Source of the DNA: Myxococcota bacterium
GTDB taxonomy: Bacteria; Myxococcota_A; UBA9160; SZUA-336
Direction of reading: 5' to 3'
NCBI GenBank assembly: GCA_965247115.1
Contig: CBDFGR010000002.1
Coordinates: 1,856,001-1,920,000, forward strand
Length of the DNA stretch: 64,000 bases
Under the pieces are notes generated by a model. The model worked only from the letters and a program-made list of their open reading frames with translations, had not been told where the DNA came from and ran no database searches. The position numbers and the translations under genes were made by a program. Shown one piece after another: positions 31,002-41,053 of this stretch. Every line of letters begins with the position of its first letter. The first letter of the stretch is position 1.

Positions 31002-31090
31002 CGGCCCCTCCCAAAAGCGCGCGAAACGACGTCGCTTTTGTAGGGTACAAACCTCGCTGGATCGGGCCAGGCTCGTTACTCTCCTGCGCC

Positions 31091-32140
31091 ATGATAAGAC
31101 GAGGTTCTGTCGCGCTAGCGGCAGGGATGTTGTGGGGGCTCGTCAACGTTGCCAGCGCTGACGAGATCGTGTTCACGAACGGTGACCGTCTCAGTGGTGA
31201 GGTAGTACACCTCATCGACGGGACACTCACCCTTGAGTCAGAGGTCCTGGGAAAGATCGAGGTCGACGCGGCCAGGATCCAGACCTTTTCGACCTCGCAG
31301 GCGGTGGAGATCCACACCGAGGACGGGACGGTGCTGAAGGACGTCGTGGTCAAGGGAGACCGTGGCGAGATCCGTACGGCGGGGACGAGTCCCGTCGGCC
31401 CCCAGACCTTTGCGCTCGCGGACATGGAGGCGCTGAACCCACCTCCCAAAGAGGCTCCGGCCTGGCACGGGACGCTGACTGCAGGGCTGGACGTGGAGCG
31501 AGGGAACTCGTTCACGACGGAAGCCGATGTTGCAGTCAGTGCGGTGCGGGAGACCGAATTCAACCGGATTCGGTTTGATGCCAGCTATGAAGGAGATCGC
31601 AACAAGAACAAGAACACCGGCATCTCGGACACGACGGAGCGCTCCATCAACTTCCTGCTCCGCTACGACTACTTTCTTTCCGAGAACGTGTTCTGGTATG
31701 GCTCGGCTGAGGGCGAGAAGGACGGCGTGCAGGACCTGAATCTTCGCTTTACGGGAGCCGCGGGGTTCGGTCGCCGCTGGTTCAATACCAAGGACTTCAA
31801 GCTCGAGGCGGACCTCGGGCTGTCCTGGATCAGCGAGAACTACGGGTCGGGCGCGCGGGATGAGGACTTCATCGCATCACTACTCAACTGGTCCGCGGAG
31901 CGTCGACTCCCGAGTCTGATCTCGGATCGCTTGACCTTCTTTCAGCGCGGAAAGTTCTGGGTCAACCTGGAGGACTGGGAGGACAAGTTTTACGCCAAGA
32001 TCACCACAGGTCTCCGGAGTGACCTGACGCCCAAGACCTTCCTCGAGGCGAAGATCGTCTATGAGTACGATAGCGCGCCGGCACGCGGTGTAGATCGCCG
32101 GGACATCGACTACATCTTCGGGCTTGGAGTCCGCTTCTAG
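31091..32140 (+). CDS. DUF481-family outer-membrane beta-barrel protein
   Basis: Signal peptide, 'DEIVFTNGDRLSG', 'ERGNS', beta-strand pattern, terminal Phe 'GLGVRF'. Confidence 0.85.
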   Translation: MIRRGSVALAAGMLWGLVNVASADEIVFTNGDRLSGEVVHLIDGTLTLESEVLGKIEVDAARIQTFSTSQAVEIHTEDGTVLKDVVVKGDRGEIRTAGTSPVGPQTFALADMEALNPPPKEAPAWHGTLTAGLDVERGNSFTTEADVAVSAVRETEFNRIRFDASYEGDRNKNKNTGISDTTERSINFLLRYDYFLSENVFWYGSAEGEKDGVQDLNLRFTGAAGFGRRWFNTKDFKLEADLGLSWISENYGSGARDEDFIASLLNWSAERRLPSLISDRLTFFQRGKFWVNLEDWEDKFYAKITTGLRSDLTPKTFLEAKIVYEYDSAPARGVDRRDIDYIFGLGVRF

Positions 32141-32174
32141 GTGTAGACTCGGTTCTCCACAGGAGGAAGAGCCA

Positions 32175-32567
32175 ATGCCTGTTTCCCCAGAGGATCGCGG
32201 AGCGATCTTGGACCTCGCTTCTCGTTACTGTCACACGTTCGATCTGGGCGACCCGGACGGCTGGGCGGAGTGCTTCACGGAGGACGGCGTATTCGAGGCC
32301 CCCGGCCAGACGCTGAAGGGCCGCGAAGACCTGCGCAAGATGGCGGAGAGCGCCCAGTTTCCCGCACCGATTCGGCACCTGCCATCGGTATTCTCCATCC
32401 AGGGCGACGCCAATTCTGCAACGATGCTGTGCTACTTCACCGTGATTCGCCTCGACAGTCCACCCGCAACCTTCGCGGTCGGCCGCTACGAAGACCAGCT
32501 GAAGAAGATCGACGGCCAGTGGAAGTTCGCCGCCAGGCGAGTGATCATGGACTGGAGCGACACATAG
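32175..32567 (+). CDS. SnoaL/NTF2-like protein
   Basis: 'DLASRYCHTFD', 'FTEDG', 'GRYEDQL..WKFAARR'. Confidence 0.85.
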   Translation: MPVSPEDRGAILDLASRYCHTFDLGDPDGWAECFTEDGVFEAPGQTLKGREDLRKMAESAQFPAPIRHLPSVFSIQGDANSATMLCYFTVIRLDSPPATFAVGRYEDQLKKIDGQWKFAARRVIMDWSDT

Positions 32568-32592
32568 GTAGCGGCCCGCGCTGACCGGTTGT

Positions 32593-32727
32593 CTACTCGA
32601 GAGGGCTCTCGAACTTCGAACGTGAGATGAGCCGACCCGAGCCCTTCTCGGCGTCGACCGCTCCTCCCTCGTAGACCACCTCGCCCCGCCGAATCGTGAT
32701 CCGCGGCCACCCAGTGACCTCCGTCCC
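32593..32727 (-). pseudogene. C-terminal remnant of a dihydropyrimidinase/hydantoinase-type amidohydrolase
   Basis: Manual translation 'GTEVTGWPRITIRRGEVVYEGGAVDAEKGSGRLISR..*'; rest of the gene is absent. Confidence 0.65.
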
Positions 32728-32813
32728 CTGCGCCGGAGCGCTCACCGGTGGAAGCCCCACAGAGCTCCCGTTCGGCGCTACTCTCGTGCGGAAGACACGA
32801 GCAGGGACATCCG

Positions 32814-32891
32814 ATGAGTACCCTCTTTGGCCCGGTCATCCAGCAAGGCTACGTGGCTCCGGACTTCCACTATGGGGAAAGTGTAGGCTAG
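32814..32891 (+). pseudogene. N-terminal remnant of a VOC-family gene
   Basis: Manual translation 'MSTLFGPVIQQGYVAPDF' then stop after 25 aa. Confidence 0.5.
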
Positions 32892-32959
32892 AGTTCGAGA
32901 GGGCTTGAGTGTCCCGGAGATAGACCCATCGCAGCCATCAGCTCTTGGAGGCACGGTAA

Positions 32960-34780
32960 ATGACACTTGAGGCGACCCCGCGACCGGAGCACGCAGACCT
33001 GGATTTCGATCCCATCGCCCTGCGCGAGAGGTATCGGGAGGAGCGGGACAAGCGAATCCGAGCGGACGGGAACCAGCAATACCAGGAAGTCAAAGGCGAC
33101 TTCGCCCACTACACCGACGATCCCTACGTGGAGCCGGGCTTCCAGCGCGAGCCGCTCACCGACGAGGTGGATGTAGTCATCATCGGGGGCGGGTTCGGCG
33201 GGCAGCTCGCGGGCGCCCGCTTCCGTCAGGCCCGCTTCGAGGACGTTCGCATCATCGAGAAGGGCGGCGACTTCGGGGGGACGTGGTACTGGAACCGCTA
33301 TCCCGGTGCCCAGTGCGACATCGAGTCCTACATGTATCTGCCGTTGCTCGAGGACCTGGGCTTCATACCCAAGGAGAAGTACTCCTTCGCCCCCGAGATC
33401 CAGACCCATGCGCGTCGGATCGGCGAGGCGTTCGACCTGTATCGCGAAGCCTGCTTCCAGACGGAGGTGACCGACCTGAGCTGGGATGAGGCGGAGGACC
33501 GCTGGATCGTCACGACGGACCGCGACGACCGCATGAGGGCGCGCTTCGTGGTGCTGTGCAGCGGGCCGCTGAACCGGCCGAAGCTGCCGGCCATTCCGGG
33601 CATCACCGACTTCGAAGGACACACTTTCCACACGAGCCGCTGGGACTACGACTACACCGGTGGCGATGAGACGGGCAACCTCGACAAGCTGGGTGATAAG
33701 CGAGTGGGGATCATCGGGACGGGTGCCACGGCCATTCAGTGTGTTCCGCACGTCGGTCAGAGTGCCCAGCACCTTTACGTTTTCCAGCGAACCCCGTCTT
33801 CGGTCGACGAGCGCGGAAACAAGCCCACGGATCCCGACTGGGTGAGAGAGCTGACACCGGGTTGGCAGAAGCGTCGCCGGGAGAACTTCAACACCATGTT
33901 GACGGGCGGTCATGCGGAGCGAGACCTCGTGAACGACGGCTGGACCGAGATCTTTCGCAATCTCGCCAGCCTGCTTCCGAGGCAGCACGAGAGCACCGAA
34001 TCCCGCCACGCAGCCGGCGCGGCTATGGAGATCGCGGACTTCGAGAAGATGAACCAGGTCCGCGATCGCGTGAACACCACCGTCGAAGACGAGGCGACCG
34101 CCGACGCGCTGAAGCCGTGGTATCGCCAGTTCTGCAAGCGCCCCACCTTCAACGATGAGTACCTCCCCACGTTCAACCGGCCCAACGTGACGCTGGTCGA
34201 TACTGAGGGCAAGGGCGTCGACCGAATCACGAAGCGAGGAATCGTCGCCAACGGTGTCGAGTACGAAGTGGACTGCCTGATCTTCGCCACCGGGTTCGAG
34301 GTCGGTACAGCGTACACGCGGCGCGCGGGGCTCGAGATCCACGGCCGAGGCGGCGTGACCCTCACAGACCACTGGTTGGACGGCATGAAGACCCTGCACG
34401 GCTTCACCAGTCGCGGGTTCCCCAACATCTTCCACATGGGTATCCTGCAAAATGGTCTGTCCCCGAACTTGACCTCGATGCTCGACGACCAGGCCCAGCA
34501 CATCGCCTACATCATCGAGCAGGTGAAGGCGCGAGGGGCGCGCCGCGTAGAGCCGTCCGCCGAGGCGGAGGCAGACTGGGTCGCCACCATCCGCAAGCTC
34601 GCGCGCCACAGCTACCGCTTCTTCGAAGCGTGCACGCCGGGCTACTACAACAACGAAGGACAGCCGGGGGCGGGCAATGCCCTGGCCCAGGAGCAGTACG
34701 CCCCGGGGATCAACGCCTTCAACCAGCTCCTCGAGGAGTGGCGCACAAAGGGCGAGCTGGAAGGGCTCGAGCTGGACTAG
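32960..34780 (+). CDS. Baeyer-Villiger monooxygenase
   Basis: 'GGGFGG', 'GGTWYWNRYPG', fingerprint 'FEGHTFHTSRWD', 'GTGATA', 'FATGF'. Confidence 0.95.
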   Translation: MTLEATPRPEHADLDFDPIALRERYREERDKRIRADGNQQYQEVKGDFAHYTDDPYVEPGFQREPLTDEVDVVIIGGGFGGQLAGARFRQARFEDVRIIEKGGDFGGTWYWNRYPGAQCDIESYMYLPLLEDLGFIPKEKYSFAPEIQTHARRIGEAFDLYREACFQTEVTDLSWDEAEDRWIVTTDRDDRMRARFVVLCSGPLNRPKLPAIPGITDFEGHTFHTSRWDYDYTGGDETGNLDKLGDKRVGIIGTGATAIQCVPHVGQSAQHLYVFQRTPSSVDERGNKPTDPDWVRELTPGWQKRRRENFNTMLTGGHAERDLVNDGWTEIFRNLASLLPRQHESTESRHAAGAAMEIADFEKMNQVRDRVNTTVEDEATADALKPWYRQFCKRPTFNDEYLPTFNRPNVTLVDTEGKGVDRITKRGIVANGVEYEVDCLIFATGFEVGTAYTRRAGLEIHGRGGVTLTDHWLDGMKTLHGFTSRGFPNIFHMGILQNGLSPNLTSMLDDQAQHIAYIIEQVKARGARRVEPSAEAEADWVATIRKLARHSYRFFEACTPGYYNNEGQPGAGNALAQEQYAPGINAFNQLLEEWRTKGELEGLELD

Positions 34781-34874
34781 GGCGGCAAGCTGAACCCGAG
34801 ACCCAAGTGCGAGTGCGTGTGACTCGTATGGCACGGGGGCGTATGATCGGGCGGGCTGTTCCGAGGAGAGAGAC

Positions 34875-35297
34875 ATGCCGAGCTTGGAAGAAAAAGTGCA
34901 GGCGCTCGAGGCGCGCGACGAGATTCGCGAGCTGACCGCGCGCTACTGCCACGCGGTGACCCGCGCTGACTCCGCCACGATCGTCGGACTCTTCTGCGAC
35001 GACGGAGTCTTCGAGACAGGGAAGACCGTAGTGCGCGGACGAGTCGAGCTCGAGAAGTTCTACCGCGCGATCCAACCCCCGCCGCTTCCGTTCATCCAGA
35101 ACCACGTAATCGAGCTTGCGGGGGAGGAGGCGACGGGACAGTGCTCCGCCGAGATCCGGATGGTGCGCGATGGTGAGGCGATCACGGCCTGCGGCTACTA
35201 CGACGACCGCTACCGCCGCGTAAAGGGGGAATGGAAGTTTGCGGCCCGCAAGTTCAACTTCTTCCACGCGGTGCCGCTCAGCAAGGGCTGGGCCTGA
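34875..35297 (+). CDS. SnoaL/NTF2-like protein
   Basis: 'LEARDEIRELTARYC', 'GYYDDRY..GEWKF'. Confidence 0.85.
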   Translation: MPSLEEKVQALEARDEIRELTARYCHAVTRADSATIVGLFCDDGVFETGKTVVRGRVELEKFYRAIQPPPLPFIQNHVIELAGEEATGQCSAEIRMVRDGEAITACGYYDDRYRRVKGEWKFAARKFNFFHAVPLSKGWA

Positions 35298-35298
35298 G

Positions 35299-36444
35299 AT
35301 GGGACCGCTCGAGGGGATCCGGATCATCGAGCTTCAGGGCATCGGACCGGGTCCGTTCTGCGCGATGATGCTGGCGGACATGGGAGCCGAGGTCATTCGC
35401 GTCGATCGGACCGGGGTACGCGGTGGCTTGCCGCGGGATCCGCGCTACGACACGCTTGCGAGGGGGCGTCGGTCGGTGCGGATCGACCTCAAACAGCCGG
35501 GCGGCGTCGAGGCGCTCCTGCGTATGACCGAGCGGGCCGACGGGCTCATCGAGGGATTTCGCCCCGGCGTCATCGAGCGTTTGGGTCTCGGTCCCGACGT
35601 GCTTCTCGAGCGCAACCCGCGAGTCGTGATCGGGCGTATGACCGGTTGGGGGCAAGAGGGCCCGATCGCCCAGACGGCCGGGCACGACATCAACTACATC
35701 GCGCTGGCTGGCGCGCTGTTCAACATCGGGCGCAAGGGCGCGCCTCCGGTGCCGCCGCTCAACCTGGTCGGAGATTTCGGGGGCGGGGGGATGTTTCTCG
35801 CCTTTGGCATGGTCTGTGGGATCCTGAGCGCCCGGCAGACCGGTGTGGGGCAGGTCGTAGACTCGGCGATGGTCGACGGGGCGGCTGTTCTCTGCGCTCC
35901 CTTGTACGGACAGCTCGCAGCGGGACGCCTCGAGGAAGGCCGGGAGACGGGCATCCTGAACGGCGGAACACACTTCTACGACGCGTTCGAGTGTTCCGAT
36001 GGAGAGTTCGTCTCGATCGCTTCGCTCGAGCCGCAGTTCTACGCTGAGCTCTGCAAGCTCATGGGACTCGACCCGGAGGACTTCAGCGAGCAGATGAACC
36101 CCAAGCGCTGGCCGGAGCAGCGCGCCAGGATCGCGGCGCTATTCCGAACAAAGACACGGGACGAGTGGTGCGATGTCCTGCAGCAGAGCGATGCCTGCTT
36201 CGCCCCGGTGCTCCGGATGGCCGAAGCGATCGAGCACCCTCAAAACCGGGTGAGGAAGACATTCGTCGAGGTGGACGGCGTGGTTCAGCCGGCCCCGGCC
36301 CCGCGCTTTAGCGCGACGGCTCCCGAAATCTCACGCCCTCCCGCACAGCCGGGGGAGCACACCGACGAGATCCTCGCAGACTTCGGCTTCAGCACGGACG
36401 AGATCGGAGCTCTTCACGACTCGGGCGCCGTCGCGGGGCAGTAG
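35299..36444 (+). CDS. CaiB/BaiF family, alpha-methylacyl-CoA racemase-like
   Basis: 'GIGPGPF', 'EGFRPGV', 'GHDINY', 'NLVGDFGGG', 'QPAPAPRFS'. Confidence 0.92.
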   Translation: MGPLEGIRIIELQGIGPGPFCAMMLADMGAEVIRVDRTGVRGGLPRDPRYDTLARGRRSVRIDLKQPGGVEALLRMTERADGLIEGFRPGVIERLGLGPDVLLERNPRVVIGRMTGWGQEGPIAQTAGHDINYIALAGALFNIGRKGAPPVPPLNLVGDFGGGGMFLAFGMVCGILSARQTGVGQVVDSAMVDGAAVLCAPLYGQLAAGRLEEGRETGILNGGTHFYDAFECSDGEFVSIASLEPQFYAELCKLMGLDPEDFSEQMNPKRWPEQRARIAALFRTKTRDEWCDVLQQSDACFAPVLRMAEAIEHPQNRVRKTFVEVDGVVQPAPAPRFSATAPEISRPPAQPGEHTDEILADFGFSTDEIGALHDSGAVAGQ

Positions 36445-36456
36445 GTCAGCGCCCGA

Positions 36457-37929
36457 GTGCGCAAAGTCCCTGAGAGGGCGTCCGCAGTGTGGATGATGGT
36501 GCTGTCAAGCTGTGTCGGGCTGCTTCTTGCGAGTGCGGGGTCGGCGGTTGCAGATTCGGTTGACGAGGCGGCCCTCCAGGAGTTCGTCGCTGCGCCCTGG
36601 ACCGGAGATCTCGAGGGCATGCGCGAGCGGGGTTTCGTCCGCCTGCTGACGACCTACAACCCGCTCTACTTCACGTACGACGGGATCGAGCAACGCGGCA
36701 TCGTCGTCGAGAGTGCGAGGGCATTCGAGGATCATCTCGGCCAGGCCAGCAACCGAAAGGGAGGAGACCTGCACGTAGTCCTGATCCCGGTCGCCCGCGA
36801 CGAGCTCCTGCCGAGTCTGAGAGCGGGAAGGGGAGACGTGGTGTCGGCGAACCTGACGATCACGCCGGCCAGGCAGGCGCTCGTGGCGTTCTCCGATCCG
36901 ATGGTTCCGGATGTGCGGGAGCTGGTGGTGAGCGGTCCGGCCGCTCGGGGCCTGGGATCGCTCGATGACCTCAGCGGAACGACCCTCTACGTGCGGGAGT
37001 CCAGCAGCTACTACGAGCACCTGGCAGAGCTGAACGCGGTACGAGAGCGAGCGGGCAAGACCGAGATCCCGGTGCGCAAGGCCGATGAGCGTCTGGAAGA
37101 CTACGACTTGCTCGAGATGGTGAACGCGGGCCTCATCCCTGCGGTCGTCGTGGACGGCTACAAGGCGAGGCTCTGGGCGCAGGTCTTCGATGACATCGAG
37201 GTGCACGAGGACATAGTGACCCACTCGGGCGGCTCGCTGGCATGGGCCGTCCGCAACGACTCGCCAGAGCTCCTGGCGGAGGTCAACGCCTTCGTCAAGG
37301 TCGTCCGCAAGGGGACCATGCTGGGGAACATACTCATCAAGCGGTACTACGGAAGCACGAAGTGGATCGACAACATCTACTCGGAGACGGGGCGGGAGAG
37401 GTATCGAGAGACGATCGATCTGATCCAGCGCTACGCGGATCTATACGAGTTCGATGCGTTGATGCTGACGGCGCAAGCGTACCAGGAGTCGAAGCTCGAC
37501 CAGAGCACGCGCAGTCCCGCCGGCGCAATCGGCATCATGCAGGTGCTTCGCAGCACGGCTGCCGACCCCAACGTGGACATCCCGAACATCGATGAAGCCG
37601 AGCAGAACGTCCACGCGGGTGCGAAGTATCTGCGCTTTCTCCGCAAGCGCTATTTCAGCTCGGACGAGATCGCACCCCTGGACCGCATTCTGTTCTCGTT
37701 CGCCGCGTACAACGCCGGACCCCGAGCCATCCGCAGGGCGCGACAGCTGGCGGCTGACATGGGCTTTGATCGGAATGTCTGGTTCGGGAACGTCGAGGTC
37801 GCTGCGGCGCGGACGATCAGCCGCGAACCCGTCGTCTACGTGCGCAACATCTACAAGTACTACATTGCGTATACGCAGCTCGAAGAGCGGCGGCTGGCAC
37901 GCGAGGCCGCGCTCACGGGCTTGGAGTGA
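36457..37929 (+). CDS. mltF: MltF-type lytic transglycosylase (SBP + SLT domains)
   Basis: SBP 'ANLTITPAR'; SLT 'AYQESKL', 'GIMQV', 'AAYNAG'. Confidence 0.85.
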   Translation: MRKVPERASAVWMMVLSSCVGLLLASAGSAVADSVDEAALQEFVAAPWTGDLEGMRERGFVRLLTTYNPLYFTYDGIEQRGIVVESARAFEDHLGQASNRKGGDLHVVLIPVARDELLPSLRAGRGDVVSANLTITPARQALVAFSDPMVPDVRELVVSGPAARGLGSLDDLSGTTLYVRESSSYYEHLAELNAVRERAGKTEIPVRKADERLEDYDLLEMVNAGLIPAVVVDGYKARLWAQVFDDIEVHEDIVTHSGGSLAWAVRNDSPELLAEVNAFVKVVRKGTMLGNILIKRYYGSTKWIDNIYSETGRERYRETIDLIQRYADLYEFDALMLTAQAYQESKLDQSTRSPAGAIGIMQVLRSTAADPNVDIPNIDEAEQNVHAGAKYLRFLRKRYFSSDEIAPLDRILFSFAAYNAGPRAIRRARQLAADMGFDRNVWFGNVEVAAARTISREPVVYVRNIYKYYIAYTQLEERRLAREAALTGLE

Positions 37930-37936
37930 TTCCCGT

Positions 37937-38416
37937 TCAGAGGTACTGCGGGAGCACCTCTGCGATCTCCTCCGGCGCGGCTCTCGGACCGAATCTCTCC
38001 ACCACGGCTCCGGAGCGATCGACCAGAAACTTGGTGAAGTTCCAGGCGATGTCCTCGTTACCCTCTTCGTCTGACTTCTGCGACTTCAGGAACTTGTAGA
38101 GCTCACAGGCGCCGTCACCGTTGACCTCGATCTTCGCAAACAGAGGGAACTCGACACCGAACTTCGAGCTGGCGAACTCGAGTATCTCTGCGTTGCCGCC
38201 CGGCTCCTGGCCGCCGAACTGGTTGCAAGGGAAGCCAAGGACGCGGAGACCCCTGGCCTTGTTGGTCTCGTGTAGGGTATGCAGACCTGCATACTGCGGC
38301 GTGAGGCCTCACCGACTCGCCAGGTTGACGATCAAGCAAACCTGGCCCTCGTACTGCGAGAGCGGAACCGGCTCGCCTGTAATCGAGTCCATCTCAAAGT
38401 CGTAGAGAGTCGCCAT
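37937..38416 (-). CDS. gpx: Selenocysteine-containing glutathione peroxidase (159 aa, Sec36)
   Basis: Manual translation: MATLYDF..IVNLASR-U(TGA 38311-38309)-GLTPQY..LGFPCNQFGGQEPG..WNFTKFLVDR; single frame, no other stop. Confidence 0.92.
38277..38294 (-). promoter_or_regulatory. Bacterial SECIS hairpin
   Basis: mRNA GUAUGCA-GGUC-UGCAUAC starting 14 nt after the UGA; the G-initial loop is 21 nt from the UGA. Confidence 0.8.
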
Positions 38417-38514
38417 CGGGCTCCTTTTGCGAATGGGAGCGCCCAGGCTACCGCATAACCCGAGCCAGCGTCGACCCCGAGCGACTGCGCAACAAGCTCC
38501 TGAGGTACTCCGCC

Positions 38515-39720
38515 TCAGTAGTCGATGCCCTTCTCCGCGGCCTGGCTACGGATGGTACCGAAGACCCTCTCGTCGAATGCGTCATCCTTGCCCTCCGCCT
38601 CGCGCTTTGCGGCTTCTTTGGCGAGATACGCATCACGCTCCTCGACCAGCTCCGAGATACGGTCCTGGACCTCTCTTCGCTGCTTGGCCTTGTTCGCCAG
38701 GTAGCCGCGCTGCTCGTCGCCGTTCATGTCGCGCATCTCCTCTGGCAGCGCTGCGGCCGGAAGAGCCTCGAGCTCGACCTCACCGGCGTTCACCGCGTCC
38801 ACCAGATCGGCGCGACCGGAGTTGAGAGCGCCTCCCTTCTTGTCCAGGTAGGCCAGTCGTGAGGCCACGGCCGCGGGGACCGCTCTGAAGGTCTGGCGCA
38901 GCTTCCCCATGAGCTCTTCTCTCTCATCCGCGTCACCGTAGGCGAGGACGGTCTCGTTGACTTCTCGATTCAGCTTCGCCAGCTCTTCGTCCATCGGCGT
39001 GGACTCGGCAATCATGGCTCCGTCCTGGGCGATCGCTGCGTACTCGCCCTGACTCAGACGGGCGATCTCCTGCCAAACCTGAGCCGTCGCTGGATCGGGG
39101 CCACACTGGATCGTGTTCACGACGATACCGCGGCTCTTTGCGAGCTCGACGGATCGCGCGTAGCGAACGTCGTTGTCGTAATCCATGTGCGGCGGTGCGT
39201 CCCCCACCAGGAAGATCACCCGGTAGACGTCTGGAGCATCGCTCCAGCCCATCTCGGTCACGGCCTCGTGCAGGGCCTGGTTCACCGACTCCGGCCCGTC
39301 ACCTCCTCCTCCCGCCTGAAAGCTCTGGAGCTGCCCGTAGAGGGCGTCGATGTCGTCGTCGAGCGCGAAGCGGCGCGTGACGTATGCGTCGCCGCGATCG
39401 CGGTAGCTGATCAGGCCCATACGGATGTCGGGCGTAGTGTTCGCGCTCGCCATGCGGTTCGCAATCGACCAGATCTTCTGCTTGGCGCCGTCGATCAAGT
39501 TCGACATCGATCCGGTCGTGTCAAGCACGAAGACCGCCTCGATGCGGGGCGCTGCGATCTGCGTGATCGGACTGAGGGTTCCTCCCGTCGTGACGACGAG
39601 ATCCGGCGCGTTCGCGTGGGCAATCAGCGCCGTGGTGAGCACGAGAACGGAAAGCGCACAGAGCCTTGCACCAGTGGTCTTCGACAGAGTTGCCAGTCTT
39701 CGGGGAATCGAATCGGTCAT
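38515..39720 (-). CDS. Secreted vWA-domain protein
   Basis: Signal peptide, MIDAS 'DTTGSMS', 'GGGDGPE', 'GDAPPH', helical C-terminus. Confidence 0.88.
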   Translation of the reverse strand: MTDSIPRRLATLSKTTGARLCALSVLVLTTALIAHANAPDLVVTTGGTLSPITQIAAPRIEAVFVLDTTGSMSNLIDGAKQKIWSIANRMASANTTPDIRMGLISYRDRGDAYVTRRFALDDDIDALYGQLQSFQAGGGGDGPESVNQALHEAVTEMGWSDAPDVYRVIFLVGDAPPHMDYDNDVRYARSVELAKSRGIVVNTIQCGPDPATAQVWQEIARLSQGEYAAIAQDGAMIAESTPMDEELAKLNREVNETVLAYGDADEREELMGKLRQTFRAVPAAVASRLAYLDKKGGALNSGRADLVDAVNAGEVELEALPAAALPEEMRDMNGDEQRGYLANKAKQRREVQDRISELVEERDAYLAKEAAKREAEGKDDAFDERVFGTIRSQAAEKGIDY

Positions 39721-39745
39721 CGCGGAATCTCCTCTTGGGCGGGGT

Positions 39746-40324
39746 TTACGAGCTCTGCTGCAGCAACGCGCGTGCGCGCCGACAGGCCCGTTCGAAGGGA
39801 TCGGTCTCATGCAGTTCGCTGAGGTCTCTGCGTGTCGGCGCGCTGGCGCCGCCTATCAGGAAGAAGGCGCTCTGAACCAGGAAGAAGCCCCACAGAGCCG
39901 AGGCTTCCGGAACGAGCGGGCCGTGGAACAGGTACGAGCCCAGGGCCAGGCCCGCGCCGATCAAGCCGGCCTCGGTTGCAAAGCGGCGGGCGAAGCCACT
40001 CGCATTCTTCTGCCGAGCCGGATGCAGCAGGCCGGAGCGGAACAGCCCGATCAAGACCGCGAGCGCCAGCGCGAGCTCGGATACGCTGGCTCCAAACAGC
40101 AACAGCAGGGAGCCGCACAGCAGCGCCGTGCCCGCGGCGGCAATCCCGCGCAGGGGCCGACGCGAGACGCCCGCCAGGTAAACGGCCGCTGCCAGCAGCA
40201 GGTAGGTTGCGAACGCGAGCTTCCAGCCGCCGACGATCTGCATCAGGCCCAGGTAGAACGGGGCTCCGCCCGCACACAGGAAGGCGAAGAGCAGGCTTCG
40301 GCCGAAGCCGTTCCAGTAGCTCAT
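39746..40324 (-). CDS. Multi-pass membrane protein of unknown function
   Basis: Several hydrophobic segments; ATGA overlap with the upstream PspA-like gene. Confidence 0.75.
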   Translation of the reverse strand: MSYWNGFGRSLLFAFLCAGGAPFYLGLMQIVGGWKLAFATYLLLAAAVYLAGVSRRPLRGIAAAGTALLCGSLLLLFGASVSELALALAVLIGLFRSGLLHPARQKNASGFARRFATEAGLIGAGLALGSYLFHGPLVPEASALWGFFLVQSAFFLIGGASAPTRRDLSELHETDPFERACRRARALLQQSS

Positions 40325-40890
40325 GCCGCTGCCCCCCCGGCTCCGTGCTGCTCGCGCCGCCGCAGCAGCTCCAGGTCGACCTCCTCGTCGCAGACGGTGA
40401 CGACGTCGCTCGCGTGCTCCCCTTCCTCACGTGTCTCACACCTCGAGCGATCCAGGGCCCGTTCGCGTGCCAGCTGCGCCTCCACGCGATCGCGCAGCTC
40501 CTCGAGCTCGCGCTCTTGCGTCTCGAGCTTCTGACTCAGTCGCTCGAGCTCCTCGCGCGCCTCCCGTTCCTGCTCGTCGAGGAGCTCGGCCTGCTTCCGC
40601 GCCGACAGCAGGCGCCGGATCGAGAAGCGAGCCAGCGTCTCCTCACCGCGTTCCAGCGCGAGGCGGATGTCGTCATCCAGCCCGGTCGAGCGCGCCTCGA
40701 GCTGCTGGCGCTGGCGCTCCAGGAGCTCCGTCCAGTTCGCGAGCTCCTCGCGTCGGACTCGCTTCTGGGCCAGCTCGAGCTCCGCCTCGCGAAGACACTG
40801 CTTGAGCATGAGCGAGCGATCCTCTAGCGAGTCGAGCAGGCCGTGCGCGTCGGCCCTCGAGAGGGTGATGAAACGTTGGAAGAAGGTCAT
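40321..40890 (-). CDS. PspA/IM30-family coiled-coil protein
   Basis: 'MTFFQRFITLSRADAHGLLDSLEDRSLMLKQCLREAE', 'ALERGEETLAR', 'EVDLEL'. Confidence 0.82.
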   Translation of the reverse strand: MTFFQRFITLSRADAHGLLDSLEDRSLMLKQCLREAELELAQKRVRREELANWTELLERQRQQLEARSTGLDDDIRLALERGEETLARFSIRRLLSARKQAELLDEQEREAREELERLSQKLETQERELEELRDRVEAQLARERALDRSRCETREEGEHASDVVTVCDEEVDLELLRRREQHGAGGAAA

Positions 40891-41004
40891 GTCGGGCTCC
40901 TCTTGGTGTCGCGAGCGAGCGAACTCGCTCTCTCGTCTAGAGATAAGTGTCGGCGAACGAGACCGGAATGACGCCAAAAGCTCTGTAAAGACCCTGGCGT
41001 CGCG

Positions 41005-41020
41005 TTTACATTCTCTTTAC
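41005..41020. promoter_or_regulatory. Putative OmpR-family operator (TTTAC direct repeat, 11-bp period)
   Basis: TTTAC-ATTCTC-TTTAC (GTAAA-N6-GTAAA on minus); a further GTAAA at 40985; lies between divergent operons. Confidence 0.5.
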
Positions 41021-41053
41021 GCAGAACGCCGCTCGATTACCGATACTCTGGAA

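Noticed and set aside
32888..34876. 662-aa antisense ORF
   Set aside because: Mirror frame of the BVMO gene
37937..38416. GPx as a nonsense pseudogene
   Set aside because: The stop is TGA precisely at the catalytic residue, is followed by a SECIS-like hairpin, and the rest of the frame is intact
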